Positions 46,717 to 57,224 of a stretch of DNA of 64,000 bases are shown in pieces. Under the pieces are notes generated by a model. The model had not been told where the DNA came from and ran no database searches. It saw only the letters and a list, made by a program, of their open reading frames with translations. Position 1 is the stretch's first letter, and the number at the start of each line of letters is the position of its first letter. Origin of the DNA: Podarcis muralis (taxonomy: Eukaryota); contig NC_135673.1 in NCBI RefSeq assembly GCF_964188315.1, positions 20,088,001 to 20,152,000 of the forward strand, written 5' to 3'. The position numbers and the translations under genes were made by a program.

Positions 46717-47694
46717 TGACACAAAATCAGTGGAGACCCCAAAGCTGAATGAAGGTGGCTTCTGTCTCTGTTAAGCCTCTCGGTTGCTGGCTTTCCCCAA
46801 CGTTGCCCTCTAATTTATCTACCTGTATTTATGCTGTGTGTTGGACAAAGGCAGGACTGGTCCCCAGGAGTATGCTGAAGGTCCCTTTTGTGTTTCTGAT
46901 TCCTCTGAGAATGCAACTGATGTCTGTCTGCTTACTCCTCTTCTTGTAAATACCCACGAAAAGGCATTGTTGCCCTTTTTGAAGAATGCTGCTGATGCAT
47001 AAGAAAATAGAAATCCTGTCTCAATCCATCAAAGCTGTTGATAAAGGCAGTTAGCAAAAGATACCCATCCTTAACCAGCTTATCAGAACACTTGGCGCTT
47101 TGTCTTCTGTACATCAGGACATTTTCAAATGCTTGTTATCTGTTGATGGGAGAATGCTAGGAGAATGTTCCATTGAAGTTATGCAAAGTGATGCAATAGT
47201 TTATGCCAACCATGACACACCTTGTTGCCTCCAGAGACTATAGGACTACACCTCCCATCATCCCCTACCAGCACAGGCATGCTTACCGGGACTGATGGAT
47301 ATTGTAGACCAGCAACATCTGGAGGATGTTAGTTTAGCAAAGGCTTGTTTGTGTGGTCTTAGCACATCCATGATAGATTTGCCCCTGCCGCCCCTAATTC
47401 TTTGTGGAGGTGTGATGCAAGCCTAGTGGTTCCTTCCGTACAGGGAATTATCTCTCTCTTGAAATGCAAATATATTTTGAAGTGACTTCTGAAAAGAATG
47501 CTTGAGTTATGCTGTCTAGAGGTTACATTGTGTTGGGAGTACCATGTGTTAATTGCAACTTATTGGGCAGATTATACTTTTTCTAACTGCAAAAGAAAAC
47601 CTACTACTGACCTTCCAGCAGAACTCAGGTTAACTGTTACCAATCTTGTGGACAAGGGACAGAAAAAATAAGCAAATAATATCAGTATGCTTTT

Positions 47695-47696
47695 CC

Positions 47697-47738
<42 letters not shown>

Positions 47739-47770
47739 CTCTCTCTCTCTCTCTCTCTGGGGGGGGGGGT
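47695..47770. repeat. Compound microsatellite (CTTT)n(CT)n(G)n
   Basis: Visible directly, downstream of the YIPF6 stop (probable 3' UTR). Confidence 0.9.
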
Positions 47771-48023
47771 GGCTAACAAGTCAGAAATTGACAGGGGAAA
47801 GCTGCCCAGTCTTATGTCCCAAGTGACCCAAGTGGTGTTAAATACCTTTTAATATGTCAGGACTTTCAGCATTCAGAACACAGCCTGTGGGAGACTGGTT
47901 TCTTCTTCTTTTTCTTCTTCTTTGCCTTTCCCCTTGGTTGAGAAGTAGGGATGTGGGGCAAGCAGTTCCCACATCCCATCTCCATTTAGAGCAGTTTTTA
48001 TTTTGTTTTTTGTCATTTGCCTT

Positions 48024-48251
48024 AATAAACCTGAGAATTGTTATCCAAAAACACTAAATTTTAATATATGATCCATGTTTTCCTCTGCGTGCTGTCTTGC
48101 CATTTGCTGGAGGCAGGAAAATAAATCTCTACCCATCTTAATTGTAACTCCAGTCTTGTGTATAGCTCACTGCTGGTGTGTGTGTGTGTGCGCGCTTCAG
48201 TTGGGGAGCAAAAGGTGTAAATTGTTTTAATTGCAAACTTTTATAAATAAA
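48024..48251 (+). terminator. Candidate YIPF6 polyadenylation signals
   Basis: AATAAA at about 48024, 48120 and 48246, followed by GT/T-rich sequence. Which one is used is unknown. Confidence 0.4.
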
Positions 48252-48458
48252 AATGCTGAAAGAGTTGTTTGGAATCTATTCTGTGTCCCAAAGTTTGCCG
48301 AGTAAAAACAAAACAAAAAGTTTCATTTTCAAATGTAGATCCTTGGCAACATCCAAACTTTTCTGTTTCAACTTTGAACCAACACTCCCAAATCAGGGGC
48401 AAGGTTCTGTCTTTTAAGGACCATGATTCCTAGAACAAGCAAGATGACTAAGGTGTAC

Positions 48459-48784
48459 TGAAATATACTCGGAGTCGAGAGTGGATTTCATGCTCTTTAT
48501 TCAGCTCATAGTGGTGAGGAGGAATGGAAGTTCCCCCACGATATCTGCTTTATATACATTATTTACACAATGGGCTGCATGTGATTGGCTAATTCCGGGA
48601 TTCTCCTGTAGGCCAATCAGGTTGTGGATTCACTTCCACCTGGAGCTGGATTGGGTGGCGCCTTTAGACCAATCATACCGCTGCATTGCTCTAGGACCAA
48701 TCAGACTGCTGCATTTTGGATCCTATTGTTCTAGGACCAATCAGACTGCTGCATTTTGGATCCTAGTCAACTCAGTACATAACA
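48459..48784 (-). mobile_element. Solo LTR (LTR retrotransposon, Gypsy-like), 326 bp
   Basis: TG...CA termini and a perfect 5-bp TSD TGTAC (48454-48458, 48785-48789). Minus-strand TATATAAA and AATAAA, several CCAAT motifs, and an internal ~36-bp duplication. Confidence 0.82.
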
Positions 48785-49379
48785 TGTACAAAGTGTTTTT
48801 CAGACAGAATGAAGATATTTCAGTTGTGGGGCATGTTGGAGGAGGAACATGGTGAATTGAATGTCTTTTGTTGGTGGGCTGCCAGTGGAGATCATTACAT
48901 GGTGAATGATGACAGCCAGACATAAATCTTGGCGATTAAATTTACTCTGGAAAAAAGAGTGAATGGGAGGCTCTGGAAAAGCCACTTTCTGTTTCAAGAG
49001 GCTGAAAAGCTGTCAGCTCTTGGGAATTCTGATGGGGATTAAGTGATTTGCGAGCTGAGGAATCAGCACCTTGGACCCAAAGCCGTGTAAGAGCCCTAAT
49101 GGACATGGGATCTACAAAAGTCTCCCTTAATTATTTCTGAGCTTTATGATTTATAACAAAAAGATATGGAACTGCTGGTGGAAATTTACATTTGATGCTT
49201 GAACTGCTTTCTGCCTTCAAGAAGAAAGGAAGGGAAGGCAGAAGAAAAAAGCCTACTTTAATGGTTTGAGTCAAGGAAGTTTTAAATGAACATGCAAGTT
49301 CTGTGTGCTAAGAAATTTTATTTTGTTACTGAAATTTCAAAAAGAATACACAAAAGAATATGCAATATATTTTTGAATC

Positions 49380-49880
49380 AAATATAAAAAACTAATCCAA
49401 ATAAAAACTCAAAAAAAGAAAGATGAGAGAGCTTTTGATTCTTTGTCTGTCAGCTATATATAAAAAATTGTTGAAGCATCCACTCCAAGATAACACCCCA
49501 AATTCCACTTTCTATAAACCAATATTTTCTTCAATTATCAAACCCATGTAAGTTCATTTTCTTTTTTACACAAAGTCTATAAGAAGTTTCCAGCCTAGTA
49601 AATGTAGACAATTATTTTTCTCTGAGCAAACACATGAATTCCACCATCTCAGCTAAGTCCAGTAATTTCAACAACCGTTCATCCACTGTAGGTAATGATG
49701 AATCTTTCCATCTTTGTGCATATGAAAGTCTTAGCACTGTGATCGTGTATTGAAATAAAGATCCATAGTCTCTTTCTAATTGTTTATCTAAGTCCCAGCA
49801 GGAAAATTGCCCTTCAAATCCTCCTCCGTATGAGTGTAGGTATTTGTATTCAATAGTTTTTAGCTTTTTTACATGTCCAC
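49380..49880 (-). mobile_element. L1/Tx1-type 3' fragment
   Basis: Minus strand reads ..LSYAQRWKDSSLPTVDERLLKLLDLAEMV.., similar to the other L1 C-termini in the window. Confidence 0.6.
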
Positions 49881-50626
49881 CAAGATTCAGTTAACTGTTT
49901 TTTAGGCAGGAATTCACATTGATCATGAGTAAAATCTTGTAAAAAAAGGAAAATACTGACAGGGGGCCATGAGCCAGAGGCTTGCTGAGGCCGCTCAAGA
50001 AAGCTTCCCTGCGTGTCAGCTGAGCAGCCTCAACAAAACACTGAGGAGACCCACCCTGATCCCAAAGAGGATGTCCTCTTTGGAAAATGGAAAGGGTCTC
50101 CTCATGAGCCAGGAGGGCTCTCCAGGGTGCTACCCACATTTGAGCGAAGATTATCTTGTAATCTTTCCCCAGCCCATGCAGCAGACTGAAAACTACAGGC
50201 TGAAAAAGTGGCCTTCAGGCTATCTAGTGAATCTGTGTTGGGATATTTGAACTCAGGACTTTGCAATTCACAGCACAGCCGGATTCTTGTAATGGGAATC
50301 CTCTCCTTGCAACACAGAAACCAAAAGATAACCTGGAATAACTACACAGCTACATAAAGCTGGATCCGACTGAACCTAGCGTCTGGACCTGATGTGGAGT
50401 TGGCACTTAATATATGCCACATGCTGGTCTTCCCTTCAGACAAAACCCAAAGGAGAATCCACACAACTGTGTGTACAAATTCTCAGTCCCATTCCCCAAT
50501 GCTGTCTTAAATCAGGCTGAAGACAAAGGATTTCCCAAGGAGCCTGCAAAGGATGGCCTAGTGCATAGGGTAGTCTGATCACACTTCCCCCACCCTAAGC
50601 TACGGCCCACTTTTCAGCCTTCTGCA

Positions 50627-50858
50627 ATGACATCATCTTCCATCATCCAATTCTGATTCTAAGATTCTCCTGGCCCCTTCCTCAGCATCTGCAGGGTTGC
50701 CATAGAGATGGCAACAAACTTTTTTTTTGCATCATCATAATTCCGTTGTCTACTTCTTACCGGACGCTTCCTTGGTAAGCATTGGTGAGACAAGCCTAAT
50801 GACCCACAATACAGTTTCACCCCTGTATAAAGGGAACGTCCTCTTGTCATCATGGCAG
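50627..50858 (+). promoter_or_regulatory. Candidate testis-type promoter and first exon (ATG GCA G|gt) of the DUF4629-like gene
   Basis: TGACATCA (50627-50634), X-box-like GTTGCCATAGAGATGGCAAC (50696-50715) and catcATGGCAG|GTAGGA (ATG at 50852). The phase-1 donor is compatible with the 55453 acceptor. Confidence 0.4.
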
Positions 50859-51091
50859 GTAGGAAATTGAGTTATCTAGGTGCTTAGAAGGGACCCTCCA
50901 TTGTCCCAGGGGGCTAGAGAGAATCTGAGAAGCAAGCAGTGAGATTGAGGGTTTGCATCTAGGGAACAGGTGAAGTCTTTGGGGAACGTATACCTGAATA
51001 CATGAAAACTGGGATAGACAAGAGAAAGAGGTTTTGGTTCAAAAGCTGAAGGGCACAATCTACCCAAATTAGTCACAGCTAAGTCCTAGGG

Positions 51092-51420
51092 TAGGAATGC
51101 GGGTGGTGCTGTGGATTAAACCACAGAGCCTAGGACTTGCCGATCAGAAGGTCGGTGGTTCGAATTCCCTGCGATGGGGTGAGCTCCCATTGCTCGGTCC
51201 CTGCTCCTGCCAACCTAGCAGTTCGAAAGCACGTCAAACTGCAAGTAGATAAATAGATACCGCTCAGGTGGGAAGGTAAAAGCACAGCGTTTCCGTGTGC
51301 TGATCTGGTTCGCCAGAAGCAGCTTTGTCATGCTGGCCACATGACCCGGAAGCTGTCTGCAGACAAACGCTGGCTCCCTCGGCCAATAAAGCTAATGGTC
51401 AGGGGTCCCTTTACCTTTAC
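51092..51420 (+). mobile_element. Sauria SINE (variant body, internal 3' deletion)
   Basis: Same head and (accttt) tail. TSD CTAAGTCCTAGGG (51079-51091, 51420-51432). Confidence 0.9.
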
Positions 51421-52558
51421 TAAGTCCTAGGGACACCCAACAGTGCTGAGGTTAGCCATCCCTAAGGCCTATTCCATGGATTTTGGTGGGCAATAGATGT
51501 TCCCACTAGGTCATAAGTACTTTCAAATGTGTGGGTTTATTTCATTTTACAGAACAGCCAATGTGCATTTGTAGAACAGGCAAAAAGAAGAAGAGGAATG
51601 TGATACAGGTTCCCACCACTCTCAGGGGCCACTACCAGCTACTTTGGCACTCACTGATCCAATAGCCCAACTGCCCATTGCTTTGCATCCTCTTTTGCAT
51701 CATAACATTCTCTGGCGGCGTAGAATCTTGGGGGTTATACTGTGGAGATGGTGGCAAAACAGTTCATACAACCGCAGTTTCCATGGGTGCCCCTCTTTTG
51801 GTTGCTGACTTGATTTGAGCCCTTGGTGTATGTTTCTTGGGACCAGTTTGCCTCCCAGCTCAGCTTGGACCATCTGTGCCCAGTCAGCCACTTCAATCTT
51901 TGGAACTGACATTCTTATGGGTGCCACATAATCGCCATTCTGTCTTCGTAGGAGCTTCATCTATTAGTGTTGCAGTACCTACACTTTGGAATGCACCTAG
52001 AGCCGGTGTGATTGTAGTGGTTAGAAGAGTGGGCAAGGACCTGGGAGAAACCAGGGTTCAAATCCTTGCTGAGCCATGAAGCTGATCTTGAACCAGCAAA
52101 AACGCTACCAAAAGGGAGTTGGGTGCTGCAATTCTTACTGAAACCAATCATCTTCACGGGTAGCAAAACCAAGCTGTAGAACTGGACTTAAGTGATCAGG
52201 TTTTAACTTAGCCACTCTTGCTTGGAAGTAAGACCCTCTTGAATTTAGCAGGATTACTTCTGAGTAAACATCCATAGGATCAGGCCGCACAAAGCAATGG
52301 ATGAGGAACAAATGTTTCTGCTCTAGAGAAAGGAGGAGATTGCAGGCTTCAATCTGTTGCTACTTGGAGAGAATAGTTTCATTTTAAGCTGAGCTGCCTC
52401 CCTTTTTTTGTCTGATCTGCCTCCCATTTCTCTCAGTCCCGCCTTTCTCTTGATAAAGTTGCAAGGGGAGAGAAATGGCACATAAACAATTGCCAGTTTG
52501 CATGTGATGCTCTTCCCAACCTCTTTTTTCATTTCCTGCCTCGAACCATAATGAGCAG

Positions 52559-52606
52559 ACACCATGATGAGCAAAGGAACGGAGAGTCATCTCCCCACTT
52601 TTTTAG
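52559..52606 (+). CDS. Candidate 48-nt internal exon of the DUF4629-like gene
   Basis: Polypyrimidine tract, then cag|AC ACC ATG ATG..TTA G|gtaaac. Phase 1-1 and open (DTMMSKGTESHLPTFL). No homology support. Confidence 0.3.
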
Positions 52607-53379
52607 GTAAACAGCGAAAGGTATAGGGAATAGCGCAGGGTTAGCCTGACCCTTTAGCAAAGTGGGATTGGTACTTTTCCAGCAGGGTGGTGGTGGGAGA
52701 TGAACACATTTTGCAAACGCTGCAAAAAGGAAGTTTGCTGCTGCAGTTCTTTTTATAACCAATCTTCTTCACATGTAGCAAAAATAAGCTTATAAATTAA
52801 GGATGCTGCACCCCTATTGTGCTTACCTGGGAGAAAGTGCCACTGAACTCGGCTGTGCTTGCAACTGTAGACTTGCTTCTGTAGGGCTTGCTTCTGAGTA
52901 AACATGCATATGATCAGACTGCAAAAAGCAATGGACTCATTTAAACCCAAATGCAGTGTCTGTGTGTATATATACTTCTCCCTTTGTGTAACATAGTGTT
53001 TATAGTGATATAGATGTATATATGAATGATGGGGTGGGGGGGGGTGGGAGGGAGAGGGAGAGAGATGCATAACTGCTCTGAAGACCAGATCACCTGTTTT
53101 GCTACTTCTTTAGAAGAATAGACATGTATTCATTATTTCCAGAGAGGACGTACAGAATCTTAAAGGTTTCCATATATCTCTCTACTAGTAGCCTGTGTAG
53201 AAGGGATCTAAAACTGGGGTGGCTGTTGCATCTATAGATGAGGTTGCCATTCTTTTTAGAAGCCTATATTCTAGCAAAGTTATCAGCCATTATTTGTATA
53301 CAGTAACGAGTGGTTGAAAGTAAAAGTGGTAAGATTATGAAGCTGCTGTTGGGAATCTTAAAAAAAAAAGATGCATCAA

Positions 53380-53935
53380 CAAACTGTTGTTCAAGGTCTT
53401 TATAAATGACTTGGATGAAGGAATTGAGAGGATGCTCATCAAATTTGTAGATGACACCAGACTGGGTGTCATCGCCAAACTAATGCCACAGAAGGCAGAA
53501 TTGGGAATTCAAGATGACGTTAACAGATTGAAAAACTGGACCGAAACTAACAGAATGATTCCAAGAGGGACAAATGTAAGGTTCTACAATTAGGCAGGGA
53601 TAACCAGATGCACAAATATACAACATGGGGGACACCTGGCTTACCCATGTGAAAAGGATCTAAGGGTCTTTAGTAGGCCACAATTTTAATATGAGTCAAC
53701 AGTGTGATGAAGTAGCAAAAAATAAAAATAAATAAATGCTAAGGCTATTCTAGGCTGCATCAAGAGAAATATAGTGTCCAGATCAAGGGAAGTCATAGTA
53801 CCACTCTATTCTGCTTTGGTGAGAACCCTCCTAAATTGTGTGCATTTCTGGGTGCCACAGTTTAAGAAGGATATTGACAAGCTGGAATGCGTGCAGAGGA
53901 AGGCAACCAAGATGATCAAGGGTCTGGAAGATATG
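53380..53935 (+). mobile_element. CR1 fragment, degraded
   Basis: FKVFINDLDEGIERMLIKFVDDTRL and downstream CR1 motifs. Confidence 0.8.
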
Positions 53936-54851
53936 TAGCCCCTGACCACAAATTAATCAATATCAGTCTGTTGGCCACCACCAGGGTGCGTAGAATCCAT
54001 TTCCTTTGTCCCGTTGTTCATTTCTGTACAATATGGTTCAAAAGAATATTATCCGCTGAAAGTTTTAACTTTTTCTGCACACATAGTTATACAGTCCAGC
54101 GCTTTCTTCCATAACTTAGTAAGTACAGGGCACATAATGCCACTATACAAATCTGTTGTGTGTGACCCCATTTGAAATACTGTGCAACTGCTCTGGTCAC
54201 CTCAGCTCAGAAAAGAGTTGGAAAAGGTTTGGAAATGATTGAGGGGGTGGAGCGACTCCCCCATGAGGCAAAGTTGCTGCATTTGGGACTTTTTAGTTTA
54301 GAGAAAAGATAAGGAAAAGGTGACATGATCAAAGTTTCTGAAATGATGCACGGCATGGAGAAAGTGAGCACAGAGAAGTTTTCCTCACTCTTTCATAACA
54401 CTCGTGGACATCTGATGAATGTGGGAAGATTCAGTACAGATAAAAGAAAGGGTTTATTCATGCAGCGCATTGTTAAAACTGTAGAACTTGCTCCCACAGG
54501 AGGCAGTGATGGCCACCAACTTGGATGGCTTTAAAAGAGGATTAAATGGGGTTATAAAGGAAAATACCTTTGATGAAACCTGGTCTCCCTTTTTTCATAC
54601 ATAAGGAGAAAAGAAAGGAAAGCTCTTTCAGCAGTCTCACAAACCTGTCTGTGGAGAACCTATATGGACTGCCAATGCTGAGTACCTGAGGGCCCCGGTC
54701 CTGCCACTCTCCAACTGGCCCGGGGCAGCACCTGACAGGCCTCATAAGGACTGCTGCTGTGGCTGCTGCCAAGCAAGGACTGGGGTATTTTGAGGGAAGT
54801 TTTGTTGGGAGTTTTTGCTGTTGTTACTGATATTAACTGATACTACTTATA

Positions 54852-55093
54852 CAGTGGTACCTCGGGTTAAGTACTTAATTCGTTCTGGAGGTCCGTTCTT
54901 AACCTGAAACTGTTCTTAACCTGAAGCACCACTTTAGCTAATGGAGCCTCCTGCTGCCGCCGCGCCGCCAGAGCACGATTTCTGTTCTCATCCTGAAGCA
55001 AAGTTCTTAACCCGAGGTACTATTTCTGCATTAGCGGAGTCTGTAACCTGAAGCGTATGTAACCTGAAGTGTATGTAACCCGAGGTACCACTG
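54852..55093. mobile_element. Tc1/pogo (Tigger-like) MITE, 242 bp
   Basis: TA|cagtggtacctcgg...ccgaggtaccactg|TA, with perfect TIRs and TA TSD. Confidence 0.9.
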
Positions 55094-55452
55094 TATTAAT
55101 TTTTGTATCTTTATTTTTATGTGGAAATTGTTCAGTTTGGTTATGTAGTTTGTATTGGTGACTTATTGTATTTTATTATTTGCTGGAAGCTGCCCAGAGT
55201 GACTGGAGAAACCTAGCCAGATGGGCGGGGTATAAATAAAAATTATTATTATTATTTATTTATTTATTAAGACCATGTAAGATGACACCACGGGCTTGGT
55301 GCTATGTTATTTTCTTTGCTGTGACTGTATTGCATAATAAATATTTTTTTAAAAAAATAAATGGAAAAAGAGGATTAGACAAAGTCATAGAAGAGGAGAT
55401 GTCTATTTACCGGTATATCTTGTAATGTATCTTCCTTTTGTCTTTCTTTCAG

Positions 55453-57224
55453 TGGTAGCCACTCAGACACATGAGGGGGACCAATCACATCACCCTCAGT
55501 TGGCAGCTGAAGGAAGCCACCTTGGGGGTTTGTTCCATCTGCCGGACGATCTCTTCAGTGACTGCCCTGAGATCAATAACCTGGTTGCATCCTTTGAGCC
55601 ACTCTTTCCAGAATGTCTTTCCACACCTCTGGGTTCCAACGAGGCAAGTGAGGGGACATTCAGGGAAGCCCCAGGAAGCGACCAGGTGTTAGCCACAGCA
55701 ACTGTAAGGCAGGAGGCAAGACCTAAATGTGACACTGCCAGTAAAAACCAACAGCAGAGTGAGGGGCAAATCAAAGATGATAGCAAGGTTCCTATTGTTA
55801 CAGGAGCCAAGGGAATGTGTGTGGATACATTGGCAGGCCAGCCCTCAAGTCATTTCCCTAGGATCTCTGCAGAGCCAGAACTGAGGAAAGAGGGGTTTGG
55901 AAAGAGCCGGAACACCGATCCAAAGTCTGTGGTGTCAAAGGCGCCAGACTCTACATTTTCTAACATAAAGGGGAAGAGGAAAGCCATTTTGACTGAAGAC
56001 AAACTGGTGGGAAATTTCCCCAGAACAAGTCTAGAGTTGGAGGCGTGCGGCTCTTCCCAGCGTCTTCAAGAAGGGCTGAGCGCCAAGTGCTCTCGAGGAA
56101 GCCATCCCAGCCAGAAAAGCCAGGAAGAGAAATGCAAGGAGGAGAGAAAGATGCCTTGCCAAGACTTTCTGAGAAAGGGGAAGGCAAAAACCATTGGGCT
56201 CCAGCAGGAAGCTTTAAGAATGGGTGAGGACATGCTGAACAGCAGCAAATCCAAGACAGCAAAAAATGATTCCAAGCCGGGGGGGAATCTTGGAGAAACT
56301 AAGAGTAGAGAGAAGGCCCAAGCTAAAGGGAACCTGGCTGGGGTAAAGGGAGAAAAGAATGAGGTGCCCTCAAAGGCGGTCCCCAGAACCAACCTGGCTT
56401 TGCAGATGATAGAGTCTGTGCGAGTCTTCCATCCCCTGGGCAAGAAGAAGCACATAATCTCCATGCCTACTAAAAAGTCTGTGCAAGTCTTCCATCCCCT
56501 GGGCAAGAAGAAGAACATAATCTCCATGCCTGCTAAAAACATCTCTCCACTAAATTCTGCCAACAGCAGTTTTGCAAAGACAGAGGCCACATTGGAAAGA
56601 CCTATGCTGAAGATATCACATAAGCTCAGGCTGGCCCCCCTGGCTCCGCTAAGGCTAGTGTCCACCGCCTTGCCAAAGCCCCGGCCAAAGCTGGCAGCCA
56701 CTCCATTGCCAGAGTCACCACCAGCACCCTCCCCCCTGTCAAAGTCACCTCCAGCACCTGCCCCACTGACAAGGCAGCAGGCAGATTTGTCACCTGCAAA
56801 ACCTCCAACCTCTGTGTGGAATCTGCTGCCAGAAACATCCACTTCCTCTGAAGGAGTGCCATCATCTCCTCGGGGTTGCCAAGCCAGGGAGTGGGCAGTG
56901 CAGTCCAGTGTCCCTGCAGAAGGACCTGATCCCCCGATCCAGCTAGCCACGCCAGCTGAAAACCCTTGGTGGCTCTGCAATGTCTACCCACTTGCAATGA
57001 AGCTAGTGAAGCCTGCACTACCTGGGCAATCTGTGTCTCCACCACAGGGAGATCCAAAGCTTATCACACAGAGGAGGACCCCAGGAAGCCCAGAAGAGTC
57101 ACTACCAGTAATGGAAGAGCAGCAATGTGCTGAGGAGGTGAGGGAGAGAAAAGCTGAGGGAAACTCCAGCCCCAGGGAAGGACTTTTGGATATGGGAAAA
57201 GAGGAGGAAGATTATCTCTTTTAG
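55453..57224 (+). CDS. C2orf78/DUF4629-like protein, large terminal exon (about 590 codons)
   Basis: Open frame after the acceptor tctttctttcag| (55451-52). Lys-rich region, then LQMIESVRVFHPLGKK (recalled DUF4629 signature MHMLESVQVFHALGKK), a Pro/Ser-rich tract and PVMEEQ. The ORF-track ATG at 55425 is probably intronic. Confidence 0.65.
56413..56538 (+). repeat. In-frame 63-bp tandem duplication within the DUF4629-like exon
   Basis: agtctgtgc(g/a)agtcttccatcccctgggcaagaagaag(c/a)acataatctccatgcct occurs at 56413 and 56476. Confidence 0.95.

Noticed and set aside
55425-55452. ATG 55425 as the start of the 599-aa protein
   Set aside because: MYLPFVFLS is encoded by a polypyrimidine tract ending in cag, so it is more likely an intron end. 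Cannot be excluded without transcripts.
56066-57057. Minus-strand ORFs of 304 and 143 aa
   Set aside because: Antisense to the Pro/Ser-rich part of the DUF4629-like exon.
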